NCBI GenBank assembly: GCA_951406725.2
Contig: OX597835.1
Coordinates: 24,428,001-24,492,000 of the forward strand
DNA length: 64,000 bases
Origin: Octopus vulgaris
Lineage: Eukaryota
Direction: 5' to 3'
Both the position numbers and the translations under genes were made by a program. The notes beneath the pieces are model-generated. The model was not told the DNA's origin, ran no database searches, and was given only the letters and a program-made list of their open reading frames with translations. Positions within the stretch are counted from its first letter, which is position 1. Each line of letters opens with the position of its first letter. This document shows, one piece after another, positions 13,153-27,656 of the stretch.

Positions 13153-13982
13153 GAGAGAGGCACAGAGAGAGAGAGACAGAGAGAAATACACTGATAGACA
13201 GATAAATAGATAGGCAGATAGACAGACAGATAGATAAATAGCGATAGATAGATAGATAGAGAGAGAGAGTGGGAGGGAGATAGCTAAAGTGACAGACAGA
13301 CATAGATTGACAGACTGACAGATAAATAGATAGATAGATATTTAGTGATGTAGATATGGAGACAAACAGATAGTCAAGCTATAAAGATAGATATAACATG
13401 GCTATATAAACAAAATGTAATTAATCTGAAGTAAATATATATATATAGGGGGAGACAACCATAAACTTCCTGTCTGGTCAACCGGTGCAAAGGAAGATAG
13501 TCCACCCCCTCCTTCTCTTCTTTTGAAACCCCACCTTCACCTGGGGGCAACCACCCAGCCATAGACTACGCTCCCTTCATCTTTCATGTCAAGGACAACA
13601 AACAAACGATAGGGGTGGAAATGGGGGTCGACGGGGTGGAGGTGAGGCGGAATTTAAGGGAAGCGGGGTGGGGTGGGTAGAGGAAGAAGAGGTGGTGAGT
13701 GAGGTGAGGTGAGGTGGGAGATTCAGCTGGTTTTAATGACTATTAAGGATCTCCACCCTTAATATAGTCATACGGCCACTATCACAACCACTACTATTAC
13801 TACTACAGAAACTGCCACCATCACCACCACAAACGTCACTACTACCACAACCATTTATACAGAAACTACCACTTCTACCACCACCACCACTACTACTATT
13901 ACTACTACCACCACAACCACCACATCATCATCACTACTGCAACACCACCAATACATTTCACAACCACTACTATTATAACCGT

Positions 13983-14270
13983 GGAGGCGCAATGGCCCAG
14001 TGGTTAGGGTAGCGGATTCGTGGTCGTAGGATCGCGGTTTCGATTCCCATACCGGGCGTTGTGAGTGTTTATTGAGCGAAAACACCTAAAAGCTCCACGA
14101 CGCTCTGGCAGGGGGTGGAAATCCCTGCTGTACTCTTTCACCACTCTTTCTTCTGTTGGCCTGCTCGCTTAGCCAGTGGGGTGGCGTCATTCAAAGGCTA
14201 AAACAATGCGAATGCATTGTGACCAGTGATGTGTAACTACATCTGATGGACTGGTCGGTCATGTGATCAC
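13983..14270 (+). mobile_element. tRNA-derived SINE family C
   Basis: ggaggcgcaatggcccagtggttaggg...ggtttcgattccc head; copies at 790-1075(-) and 57529-57795(-); same head with a different (Deu/Nin-like) body at 43970-44340(-). Confidence 0.85.
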
Positions 14271-15493
14271 TATTATAACCACCGGCACCACCACTACTGC
14301 CACAACCACATCCACCACGCTGCCTTAACCATCATTGCCACCATCATGATAAAGATCACTATTATCACAACTGCATCATCATCACTACTGCAACACCAAC
14401 AGCACATTTTACAACCACCAGCACTAACACTACCACCACATCACCATCACTATCACCATCATCCTTACGATGGTCACTACCACTGCCATAAATATCAAAG
14501 GCAGCAACACCACCAAGACAGTGCACACACACCCCTGTCATCACACCACCAACACTACCACCAACACCACCACTACATCACTAGCACCATACCACGCCAC
14601 TGCTACTACATCACTAGTCGGCACTAAAGTATGTCACACCAAATATATAACACTTACATTACATGTCCTGTCGGCTGCCTGACCGTTGGAGCACCACTAA
14701 TGACATTCTGACCAATTATGTAATATTTACATGGCACAGGCACAGGCGAGGCTGTGTAGTAAGAGGTTTGCTTCTCAGCCACGTGGTTCCGAGTTCAGTC
14801 CCACTGTGTAACACCTTGGGCAAATGTCTTCTACTACAGCCTCGGGCTGATCAATGAAGAACATTGCTTGTACGACGGTGATGCTCAGTTTTACAACCAT
14901 CATATGATGTAAACACATGCACACACACACACACATATATATGACAGGCTTCTTTCAGTTTCTGTCTACCAAATCCATTCACAAGGCTTTGGCCAGCCTG
15001 GGGCACAGTGGGATTGAACTTGAGGCCACATGGTTGGGGAAACAAGCTTCTTAACCACACAGTCACACCTGCACTTAATGATTTTGCCAATCAACTGGAA
15101 CGATACAGATTCTGACTCCAATCGTTGAACCCCAGAAGAATCATGTGCAAAGAGAGCAACTCAGCCTCTGTTGGATTTCAACTTCAGAAAAGGATGTAAG
15201 AAGATATAAACACCACAAGGTATTTTGTTGTACACCCAGGTGTCACACAAATGGCACGTAAAAGCACTCATTACACTCTTGGGGTGGTTGGCATTAGGAA
15301 GGGCATCCAGCCGTAGAAAACCATACCAAATCAAACTGGGACCTGGTGCAGCCTTCTAGCATGCCAACCCATGCCAGCATGGATGATGGATGTAAAACGA
15401 TGATGATGATTCTAATAATACCAAAAATCCTTCCTGAAACAATATGAGCCCAGAAAATATTTCTAGTGACAAGGATGTAAAAATGGGACTTAC

Positions 15494-15567
15494 CAGCAAT
15501 AGTGTAATCCATGTCAAACCCGAGATATTTCACTTTCTGCATCAGGAGGCCCCGGTTCACAAAGATC
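15494..15567 (-). CDS. NT5C2: NT5C2 (cytosolic purine 5'-nucleotidase II) internal coding exon, 74 nt
   Basis: Translates (R)IFVNRGLLMQKVKYLGFDMDYTIA, matching cN-II HAD motif I (human [25 protein letters not shown]). Acceptor tttctatttCAG| and donor G|GTAAGT; phase 2 start, phase 1 end. Confidence 0.93.
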
Positions 15568-17377
15568 CTGAAATAGAAACCAAATATTTCTGTAATCACA
15601 TGTTACTAACCCCACTTCTAAAGGAGTAAGCCAGCAGAATCTTTAGCTTGCTGGACTAAATGCTTAGCGGCATCTCATCCAACTTTACATTCTGTGCTCA
15701 AATTCCGCCAAGGTTGACTTAGTCTTTAATCTTTTCAGGGTCGATGAAATAAGTACCACTGTTGATGTAAAAGGAGGACGTAAATACCACAAGGCACATT
15801 ATTCTGATACTGCCGTTATTTCTGGCTCTGTGCCTCTGAGCTAAAATTTGAAACCATTGTTATCATTATCATTATTATTATTATCAAATACTATTATTAA
15901 TATTACACTTATTATTATACTTATTATTAATAAATATCTCCATGCCAGTGATGTTACCCAGGAGAAAGACAAAGAACAATACAACTTGGCACCAGTGACA
16001 TTGCAGCTCATTTCTGGAGCAAAATGAAATAAAGTGTCTTGCTCAAGAATACAACACACAGCCTGGTCTTGAAATCGAACTCACTACCTCATGATTGAGA
16101 GCCCAACACTGTAACCACTAAGTCATGCACCTTTATTAACTTCACCTATATGTGGAGACACAAGAACTAGTAGTTAGTGCGTTGAACTTATGATCCCAAG
16201 TTTAATGGGTTCCATTCTTGGGCAGGGCAGCACATTGTATCCTGATAATAATTGTTTCTAGAAATAAGCACAAGGCCAGCAATTCTGAGGGGAGGGACAG
16301 GCAAGTTGATTGTATCAACCCTAGTACTTCACTGGTACTTTAATTTGTCAACCCCAAAAGGATGAATGACAAAGGTGACCTAGGCAGAATTAGAACACAG
16401 AATGAGCCTGAAGAAATACTGTATGACTTTGTCTCTGACTCTCTAACGAGTCTGCCAATCTCACAAAACTAATAATCTCTTCTACTATAGACACAAGGCC
16501 TGGAATTTTGGGGGAGAGTGCTGGTCATTTACATCGACCCCAGTGCATAACTGGTACATATTTAATTGACCCTGAAAGGATGAAAGGCAAAGTCGACCTC
16601 AGCAGAATTTGAACTCGGAACATAGCAGCGGACAAAATACCGCTAAGCATTTCATCCGGCGTGCTAATGATTCTGCCAGCTTGCTGCCATTCTCAAGACT
16701 AATAATGAAAACCGGTTCCAAATTTAAATCGACCCCAACGTTCAACAGGTACTGATTTTAATGACATTGAAAGGATGAAAGGTAAAGTCCACCTTGGCAG
16801 AATTTTGAACTCAGAATGTGAAGATGGATGAAATGCCGCTAAGCATTTTGCCTGGGGTGCTAACGATTCTGTCAGCTTGCTGCCATGTGATAAAAGAACT
16901 CTGGTACTTTAATTTGTCAACCTCAAAAGGATGAATGACAAAGGTGACCTAGGCAGAATTAGAACGAGCCTGAAGAAATACTCTATGACTTTGTCTCTGA
17001 CTCTCTAACGAGTCTGCCAATCTCACAAAACTAATAATCTCTTCTGTTGTTCAGAGATCTTCTGAACAACAGAATGTCTTCAGAGAACAAAGTTTCTTAC
17101 ATTAAGATATCAATCCCATAAAGATGAAAGATGAAGTTGACCTCAGTAGGTTTTGAACTCAGAACATAAAGAGCCAGAAGAAATACCACAAGGCCTCTAA
17201 CCATTCAGCCAGAGTCCTAATACTGATACTAATAATAATAATAACAACCATGCAACAGCTATCTTTGCAATCTTAACACCAGAAGGAAGGATGTTTATTC
17301 ATTGAGTTTAATTTCCGTGGAGATCCAAAATGTGATGATCAACTTCTCTTGAGGGCCTTCTCTACCACCACAAACAG

Positions 17378-17408
<31 letters not shown>

Positions 17409-18707
17409 AGAGGGAGAGAGAGAGAGATATGAGGTTTTGTAAATGTGTGTACGTGTGTGCGTGGGTAGGCCTCACCTTGACAGAAGCTTTACATATACAT
17501 CAGAGAGCTGTAGGCAGCTGAAAAGCTGTAAACAGGATGTTAGTTTCTAGTACTAAGATCCTTTACTACCTCTGGTGACCCCCACCACTGACTGACTCAC
17601 CACACCCCTAAAACTGTTTCTGTGTTACTCTCTCCTGCATTTCAATAAATAACTGTGGAGACAGCTTCTACATCAATTGCTCAAACTGCTAGAAATAGTA
17701 ACCGAATCTACCTCAAATCACACTATTGTTTTAAATAAGGTAAAATTACATAATATAATATAGCCCTAGATATATATACGTGTATTCCTAAAAAAAAAAA
17801 GAAAAAAACAGATGGAATGGTCATGGCTGGACTATCTTTGGCATGAGTTTGATATGGGTTTCATTTGATATGGGGCTTCATAACTACAGCAGTAACAGTT
17901 ATGAACCTCATTGCTTTCTTTTAATTTTGGTTATTTCAGCATGGTACAGGAATGGTTGTGTGGTTAGGATCCTTACGTTGTCACCATGTGGTTCCAGGTT
18001 CAGTCCCACTGCATGGCACCCTGAGCAAATGTCTTCTGCAATAAATCTCAAGACTGACCGATGCATTGTCAAAGAATTTGGTAAATAAAAACTGAGAAGC
18101 CCACCATACGTACATGTGTGTGTGTGTTTATTTTTTACCAGTTTCAGACATTAGAGTGTGGTCATGCTGGAGCAGTGCATTGAAGAAATTTCAAACAACA
18201 TGACCCCAGTACTAATTTTATTTTAAAGCCTGGTACTTATTCTATCAGTTACTTTTGCCAAACCACTAAGTTACAGGGATGTAAATACACAAACACTAGT
18301 TCCCAAGTGGTGGTAGGGAAGAAACACATACACAAAGACACACACATATAAATATACGATGGGCTTCTTTCAGTTTCTGCCTATCAAATCCACTCATAAG
18401 GCTTTGGTTAGCTTGAGGCTACAGCAGAATAAAAATGTAAGTTACTATTTTAGATCCTGCTGTTAATGGTGCAAATAAGTTAATATCAATTGGCAGATAT
18501 CAGCACTGATCAGAAAACAGTTTCTTTGTTGAAATTATAAACAAAGCCAGCATTTTGAAAGACATTTCTATAAAACTAGTTTTTAAACATCGAATGGTAT
18601 TGGAGGTCTATAGGTAAAAAAATGATTGAGAACCCCTGCTTTAGATGTATGTCTTGGTGTGTATCACAAGAAACAGCTAGGTTTCTTTCTCTAACATTTT
18701 ACACAGT

Positions 18708-18934
18708 TTAACCCTTTAGTGTTCAGATTATTCAATCAAACATAATGCCTATTGATTCCAATTGATTTGAACTAATTATGCATTATTTCATATCTTCAAG
18801 ATCTTGATGGTGTAATTACTTAATGTAGAATAACATTGTATGGTAGGTGTGAGAGCCTGGATCTGGTCAGTTTGAACATAAAACAGACTAGCTATTTTGG
18901 CCGGATATGGCTGGTTTAAATACTAAAGGGTTAA
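18708..18934. mobile_element. piggyBac-like MITE
   Basis: TTAA-ccctttagt ... actaaaggg-TTAA. Confidence 0.75.
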
Positions 18935-19458
18935 CCTACACAAGTTAATATGGAAAACAAAGTAGGAATTTTGAAAGAAGTTTCTAGAAAACTAGTTCTT
19001 AAACATGAAATGGCTGTGTGTATGGTGGGGAGCACCAGAATAAGAGAGTAATCTAAGTGGTCCATAGATAAAGAAATGGCTGAGAACTCCTGGTCTATAT
19101 TAATACTCTCAGCTTGCTAGTTACAAGAGCTGTTCATTGCTAGGGTTGACTCGTTCCATTCCCCCAAATCAAAATATGCCTGTATATTACATGTGACAAG
19201 CGAGAATTATATTTCTTGCTTTTTATGGGCCGCTATGGAGAATGTCCTAAAAGGCACATACATAATGCATAACACACACACACACACACACACAAACAAA
19301 TGCACACACACACACAAACAAACACACACACAGACATACATGCAAACATACATATATATATATATATATATTCAATCCACTTCTGTAGTTTAGTCTAAAA
19401 TGTGAGATATATGATGATGTTCACTGACATACAGACATACACACACACATACACACAC

Positions 19459-19489
<31 letters not shown>

Positions 19490-20846
19490 CACCATATCAT
19501 CATACAGAAAACACACCCAGGCATCAATTAGTAGAAATAACGAAGATTAATCACTGAAAGGTGAGTAAATCATGTAAATATCTTTTTACGCTAAATACCA
19601 ACAACAAAATACATAAACAACAAAAAACAACAAAAGTAAAACGAAAACCAGCAAAATAAAGAAAAATAAAAAAATAAACAGGATAACAAACCAGATAACA
19701 ACAAAACAAGCAAAATGACAAAAATAAAATAAACAAAACAAAAACTGACAAAATAAATGAAAACAAAAATAATTGAAAACCAACAAAATAACAAAAAAAA
19801 ACCCAACAAAATGACAGAAACAAACATGAATTATATTTTGAAAGAAATTAAATCTTTTTAAGTAATTTCTGTTAACGTTAATCAGCTTTATTTTTTATTT
19901 GTTTTTTAAATACTAATAACTTTGGAAGTGAGGTGGGTACATTTAATACGTCAGAAAATTAGCATATTTACATGGGAGAGAGACAACTTGTTGTTTAGCC
20001 CTGGGTCAACCTGATCCAGCAGACCTATAAATCAAAAGCATTCCAGCCTTTTTTTTTCTTTTTTAAGGCATAGTGTATAGGAGTGGCGGTGAGGGTAAGT
20101 AGCTTGCTTACCAACCACATGGTTCCGGGTTCAGTCCCACTGCGTGGAACCTTGGTCAACTGTCTTCTACTATAGCCTCAGGCTGACCAAAGCCTTGTGA
20201 GTGGATTTGGTAGATGGAAACTGAAAGAAGCCCGTCGTATTGAGCATTGGAGTCGGTGTAATCAACAAGTACCCCTACCCCAAAATTGCCGGCAAAATTT
20301 GAAACTATTATCATCATCATTATTATTATCACTATTATTATTAATATTAAGGCGGTGGGTTGGCAGAATAGTTAGCATGCCAGGTGAGATGCTTAGCGGT
20401 ATTTCGTCTGTCTTTACATTCTGAGTTCAAATTCTGCCGAGGTCGACTTTGCCTTTCATCCTTTCAGGGTCAATATATTAAGTACCAGTGAAACACTGGG
20501 GTTGATGTAATCAGCTAGTCCCCCTCCCCTCAAATTTCAGGCCTTGTGCTTATAATAGAAAGGATTATCTTGTATCATTTATCTTTTACTTGTTTCAGTT
20601 ATGAGCAGCACAATTTTTTTAACCTTAAAAATTGCTTGATTTTAACCTTATTTTCATATTTGCTTAACCTTATTTTTTAACTTCATTGACAGATTTTAAC
20701 CTCAATTTAATCTTATTATTTTTATTAAGAAATCAATAAACAGTCTGCAGTGTAATTAGTTACTGTGACTCAATACAAATTATTTTGAGAATTTTTTTGT
20801 AAATTCAGGAGCTTTTTGTCTTCTTGTTTTTGGCTTAGGCAAAATT

Positions 20847-21757
20847 TAAATATAACAAAGAATTTAGTAAAATAACTTAGTTATCATTAAGCTAGTGTTA
20901 GGACTAAGGTTTAATGGAAGATTTTCATTCAAAACTTATGAAAACAAGACATTAGTACTACAGAGCCAGAGCTGGTTTCGGCCAGGTTAATATCAAAAGG
21001 ATTAAGAATTGTTTCTATATCAAATATTTTAACCCTTTTGTTACCATATTGCTATTGAGATGCTCTGTGTTTCTTTCAATTAATTTTAAATATAACAAAG
21101 AATTTAGTAAAATAACTTAGTTATCATTCAGCTAGTGTTAGGAACACAAATTCTGACTAAGGTTTGGTGGAAGATTCTAATTCAGAACTTATGAAAACAT
21201 GACATTTGTACTACAGAGCCGGAGGTGGTTTCAGCCAGGTTGGTATCAAAAGGGTTAAGAATTGTTTCTTTATTATATATTTTAACCCTTTTGTTACCAT
21301 ATTGCTGTTGAGATGCTCTGTGTTTCTTTCAATTAATTTTAAATATAACAAAGAATTTAGTAAAATAACTTAGTTATCATTCAGCTAGTGTTAGGAACAC
21401 AAATTCTGACTAAGGTTTGGTGGAAGATTCTAATTCAGAACTTATGAAAACATGACATTTGTACTACAGAGCCAGAGCTGGTTTCAGCCAGGTTGGTATC
21501 AAAAGGGTTAAGAATTGTTTCTATATTATATATTTTAACCCTTTTGTTACCATATTGCTATTGAGGTGCTTTGTGTTTCTTTCAATTAATTTTAAATATT
21601 ACAAAGAATTTAGTAAAATAACTTAGTTAAGTTAGTGTTAGGAACACAAATTGTGACTAAGGTTTGGTGGAAGATTCTAATTCAGAACTTATGAAAACAT
21701 GACATTTGTACTACAGAGCCGGAGGTGGTTTCAGCTGGGTTGGTATCAAAAAGGATA
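20847..21757. repeat. Tandem array (253-bp period, ~3.6 copies) of a piggyBac-like MITE plus spacer
   Basis: aaccc at 21031, 21284, 21537; each unit TTAAccctttt...aaaagggTTAA followed by a ~23-bp spacer. Confidence 0.9.
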
Positions 21758-22080
21758 AAATTACTTGAAACAGGAAAAAAGCAGCTCAATATGGCAATGA
21801 CAAAAGAGCTTCACAGTCAACTTCAAAATGATCCAAAAATTCAACAACAAAAGAAAATGATCCAATTCAATTAACCTCAGATAAAAATTTACATAATAAT
21901 TAACAACCAATTTAAACGATGCACAAGAAATATATATCAAAATATTATTGAGAAACAGCTAGCAACCGTTTAGGGAAAAAATTAGCAAGGAAAAGCAATT
22001 ACTTACATTGATGAATTTTAAATTCCTAAATAACAGGTGCAAAGAATTAAAACTGTAAGTAAATACGCTTACAATTGGAT

Positions 22081-22493
22081 ACTCTTTTACTCTTTTACTT
22101 GTTTCAGTCATTTGACTGCGGCCATGCTGGAGCACCGCCTTTAATCGAGCAACTCGACACTGGGACTTATTCTTTTGTAAGCCCAGTACTCATTCTATCG
22201 GTCTCTGTTGCCGAACCGCTAAGTAACGGGGACATAAACACATCAGCATCGGTTGTCAAGCAATGCTAGGGAGACAAACACAGATACACAAACACACACA
22301 TGCATATATATATATATAGACATATATACGACGGACTTCTTTTCAGTTTCCACCTACAAAATCCACTCACAAGGCTTTGGTCGGCCCGAGGCTATAGCAG
22401 AAGACACTTGCCCAAGATGCCACGCAGTGGGACTGAACCCGGAACCATGTGGTTGGTTAGCAAGCTACTTACCACACAGCCACTCCTGCGCCT
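22081..22493 (-). mobile_element. tRNA-derived CORE-type SINE family A, young full-length copy
   Basis: Head ggcgcaggagtggctgtgtggtaag...ggttcagtcc (A/B boxes), cttgggcaagt core, central microsatellite, (agtaaaag)n tail. Other copies at about 2858-3020, 3780-4000, 4825-5220, 12360-12752, 18140-18430, 20078-20238, 33270-33575, 38070-38330. Confidence 0.9.
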
Positions 22494-22516
22494 ATTGGTA
22501 ATAAATAATTCTATTC

Positions 22517-22746
22517 TTAAGCCATTAAGTCCTAGAATACTTAAATTTCTGAATATTACTTTTAAATTTTTATAGATAATTGAAAATAGGTTAAAATGAA
22601 AAAAAAATGATTAAAACTCCTTTACTTCAAGTAGAAATGGAAATACTCGGTGTCCTATAAATAGGACACTGAGACAATGTGATATAGCTTAGTTAATGTT
22701 CTCATTTAGTGTCCTATTTATAGGACAGTGGGACTTAATGGGTTAA
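22517..22746. mobile_element. piggyBac-like MITE, second family
   Basis: ttaagccattaagtcc ... ggacttaatgggttaa with internal gtcctata(a/t)atagga palindromes. Confidence 0.6.
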
Positions 22747-24064
22747 AAAGACCTGATTCATGAATTGGAAAAAAGATGCAAACAATCAATATTAGTGTTT
22801 GGTATCAATCAGCAATCACTAATATTGGTAAAAGTACCTTGAAGGTAGAAAATTGTCTTATACAAAAACTATACAGACATGCAAGATTTTTGCTTGTGTT
22901 CAAATGACTGGACACACCTGGGGTCAAATAATTTTCAACATCAGAGGGTAGGACAAGCCATAAGGGAGTGTTAAAATGCTTAGCACCATTTCACCAGTCT
23001 TTACATTCTGAGTTCAAATCCCATCGAGGTCAATTTTGCTTTTAATCCTTACAGGTCAATAAAATAAGTACCAGTTAACTATTGGGGTCAATTTAATCAG
23101 TTTAGCCCCTCCCCTGAAATTGCTAGCCTTGTGCCAAACTTTAGAATCATTATTATTACCATTACTATTATTATTATTATTATTATTATTAGGGCAGTGA
23201 GCTGGCAGAATTGTTAGCATGCTGGACAAAATGCTTAGCGGTATGTTTCGGGTCGCTATATTCAGGGTTCAAATTCCACTGAGGTCTACTTTACCTTTCA
23301 TCCTTTCGGGGTCAATAAAATAAGTTCCAGTGGAACACTGGGGGTGATGTAATCGACTCATTCCCTCCCGCCAAAATTGCTGCCCTTGTGTATTATTATT
23401 ATTATTATTATTATTATTAAGACTGTGAGCTGGCAGAATCGTTAGTGCACTGGTCAAACTATTTAGCGGCATTTCGTCTGTCTTTATGATCTGGGTTCAA
23501 ATTCCGTTGAGGTCAACTTTGTCTTTCATCCTTTCAGGGTTCATAAATTAAGTACTGGGGTCGATGTAATCGACTTATCCTACCCTGCTAAACTGCTGGC
23601 CTTGTGCAAAAATTTAAAACCATTATCATTATTATAATTATAATTATCAAAATTAAGCTAAAGTAATCAGACAAAGCAACCTACTAAACTACATAATGAG
23701 TGAGTAGCGTACACAGTGAAATGACTGGCCTCGTTTGTCACTACTAAAACCAATTAGCAGAAATAACAGTAATTTAATGTTGATAGCTAAAATTATTATA
23801 GCCAAACTGTCACATCGTCCACTGGACAACATACAAACCAATGCCCTGCTAGAAATAACAATTGAATCTCCCTCGAATCATGCCATAGCATCTCAAAAAA
23901 TATTTATGAACAAAAGAATATAGGTACAGATGTGGACCTGAGGGTAAGAACCCTGCTTCTCAACCATGAGGTTTTGGGCTCTGTCCCACTGTCTGGCAGC
24001 TTGGGCAAGTGTCTTCTATTATAGACTTGTGAGTGGATTTGGTAGATAGAAACCGAAAGAAGCA

Positions 24065-24109
<45 letters not shown>

Positions 24110-24178
24110 CATGTATATATAGGATACTGGGGTGGGGTGGGGTGCTGAAAAATTCCTGGTTTTTACACACATACATGC

Positions 24179-24211
<33 letters not shown>

Positions 24212-24484
24212 CACACACATATATACACCCATACATTCATGTGCATATATATATACACACACACACACATATATATATATACACGCATACATACACACAC
24301 ATATGCAATAATATATATGCTTATACACACATGCCATACCAAAACCAATTATTCTAATTGGCCTGCATATGGTTGAATTTATTATTACTATTATTATTAT
24401 CGTCATCGTCGTCACATCGTTATCATTGCCATCATCATCATCATAAACAGTAGGAAGAGGAATAGCAGTCTCCGACACTAGACA

Positions 24485-24518
<34 letters not shown>

Positions 24519-24969
24519 CAGACCTTTCTTCCATAATCAGTGTGCCACCCCACTCCTCCTACCCTACCCATACACCCTGTCTCTGATGAAAACCAAAACT
24601 CAAGCTGTTCTACCCATATGTGACAGGAGGAGGTCAGTCGGATTTGAACCAAGATTCCTGTGTTTGGCGGCGGTGAGCCGGGGCGGGGAGTGGTGGGCGC
24701 CAATTAATAAATTGGAATATTAAATCCCAAATGGAATCGTTTAGAAAAATAACAGTTTATGCGTGGTTTTTTTTTTTTTTTGATTTTTCACTTTTATTTT
24801 GTAAGTTTGTGTACGTGCATAAATGTGTGTGTAGAAGGTATATGTGGCGTGTGTGTGTGTGTGTGTGTGTGAGTGTGTAGGGGTGAAGTGAATGGGGGGA
24901 CTTTATGTGTTTATTTCGTTTTGTTTATGGGTGGATGGGAGATTGATGGGAGATTATACATCCATCCAT

Positions 24970-25022
<53 letters not shown>

Positions 25023-25029
25023 ATGTGTG

Positions 25030-25065
<36 letters not shown>

Positions 25066-25106
25066 CATATACATACATACATATACATACATACATATAC
25101 ATATAC

Positions 25107-25139
<33 letters not shown>

Positions 25140-25433
25140 CATACATACATATATACATACATACATATATATACATACATACATATATATACATACATAC
25201 ATATATATACATACATACATACATATACATACATACATATATATACATACATACATACATATATATATACATACATGCATATATATATATACATACATGC
25301 ATATATATATATATACATACATACATATATATATACATACATGCATATACATACATACATATATATATACATACATACATATACATACATACATATACAT
25401 ACATACATACATACATATACATACATACATATA

Positions 25434-25465
<32 letters not shown>

Positions 25466-25490
25466 CATACATACATATACATACATACAT

Positions 25491-25539
<49 letters not shown>

Positions 25540-25655
25540 CATATATATATGTGTGGTACTATATATATATATATATATATATGTGTGGGTACGTATATAT
25601 ATATATATATATTATATGCATATGTTTATATATATATATGTGTGTGTGTGTATGT
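24970..25655. repeat. Long compound (TA)n/(TACA)n microsatellite
   Basis: Direct inspection; similar tracts at ~30010-30400, 35998-36165, 38460-38855, 55675-56080, 56695-57140. Confidence 0.95.
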
Positions 25656-26849
25656 GAATGCACAATCATGGTAATCAACCTTTTCTCTCAGATGTATATT
25701 CTAACACACACACACACACGTATATATACAGAGAGAAGAGAAAGAGAGACGTACATATATACAGATACATACATATAAACACACACATATTCATGATAGA
25801 CAGACAGACAGACATACCTATTGACACACAAACACATATTCATTGAAGTTATCACAAACAAACAACATGCAACCCATCCACACACACACACACACTTCAC
25901 ACATAAACTATACACACATGTGCAACACAATATACACACTGCACACACACACACACACACACACGAACTATACATGCATATGCAATACAATACACACATG
26001 TAAACACAAAAGCCAACTAAAGACTCTTCTACATGGTAGTTTGACTAGCTAGAAATAGCAGCCTAATCTCCTTGAAACCACACTATTGTCTTAAGCAAAG
26101 AAAAACACATTAGGTGATGTAACCCTCGATACACTATGACTGGCAGTACGTTGGGATGGCCATTGCTGGAACACACCATTTGCCTGATAATGGTTGACCT
26201 TGGGCTAAATAATACACACACACACTCAAGTAGACATATATAAAAACTACTACTACTGCCACCACCACCATCACTACTACTACTACTAATAATAATAATA
26301 ATAATAATTGTGACTTGAGTTACCAGGATGTCATGATTTAAATGTCTTGTAGAATTAAAAGCAGTGACCCAGTTTCAATTCCAAGCTTCAGTTAGTTTAC
26401 TAATAAAAACCCTTGGGTAATGTATGAACATCACAATTTTACACACACCACTCCACTCATGCCCTACACTCACTCACAGACTGACACTTAACATGTCGTG
26501 ATTATTAACAAAAAAAAAATCCAACAAAAAAATTTTAAAAAAACGCTTATCATTATAGGGTTTGAGATAATTGACTGCCCCCCCAACCACCAAATTTGTG
26601 GCCGCTTGTTAGAAATTATAATTATTATTATAAAAGGCGGCAAGCTGACAGAATCGTTAGCATGCCAGGCAAAATGCTTAGTGGCATTTCATCTGTCTTC
26701 ATGTTCTGAGTTCAAATTTCGCCAACGTCCACTTTGTCTTTCCTCCTTTCAGGGGTCAATAAATTAAGTACCAGTGAAACACTGGGGGTCAATGTAATTG
26801 ACTAATCCTCTCCCCAAAAATTTCAAACCTTGTGCCTTTAGTAAAAAGA

Positions 26850-26880
<31 letters not shown>

Positions 26881-27555
26881 GTAACTTGGCAAAAGTGACC
26901 GATAGAATAAGTACTAGGCTTACAAAGAATAAGTTTCGATTTGTTCAACTAAAGGTGGTGCTCCAGCATGACGACAGTCAAATGACTGAAACAGGTGAAA
27001 AAAAATAATAGGGTTTTTTTTTATATGCATTAAATGACAATGGGGGGTCCAGTGGAGTAAAACAGAACCAAAGGGGTCCAGTAGCCAAAAAATGGTTGAG
27101 AACCATTACACCAGTGGTTTCCAAGCTTTTCACAGTGGTTCCCAACCGTTTTATTTAAATGAGTTTTCCTTGTGTGTATGTGTATTTTTTTTCTTCACTT
27201 GTTTATTACCATTATTTTAATGTCTGTCCATTGTCCGGAAATCTTTTGTCACACATCTGTGATCTCTTTAGCGACACTTCTCGTTTCCATGTGTGTTCTT
27301 GCTCCGCTCACTCCATTCTATTCTTCCAAGATGTGCATCCTTATGTGCACAGGCATTTGTGTCCTTATTTGTGTGTGTGTGTGTCACAGTTTCAGCAACA
27401 GTGTGGCCTTCCCCTTGGTCCCAACCTCTCGCCCCAATTTTGAATTTAGTTCACAGACCATCAGGAGTCCATAGACCCCAGGTTAGGAACCACTGTATTA
27501 CAGTAAGGCATTGTATCCCCAAGAGAAATAGCAAGAAGTTTTAGATAAGACGAAC

Positions 27556-27656
27556 CTTTTGTCTGGATCTCTTTTATAGACTTTGTTCTGAACTGGATTT
27601 TTTAACTCCGAGTAGGTCTGGTTTGAAACCTCATTGTCATTATTCTTCAAAGGCAT
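27556..27656 (-). CDS. NT5C2: NT5C2 first coding exon (ATG at 27656; exon probably starts at 27677 with a 21-nt leader)
   Basis: MPLKNNDNEVSNQTYSELKNPVQNKVYKRDPDK(R), 101 nt ending AG|GTTCGT in phase 2; joins the 74-nt exon in frame to give YKRDPDKRIFVNR (cf. human KYRREAYHRVFVNR). Acceptor ttttaatccaCAG| at 27680-27678. Confidence 0.82.
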
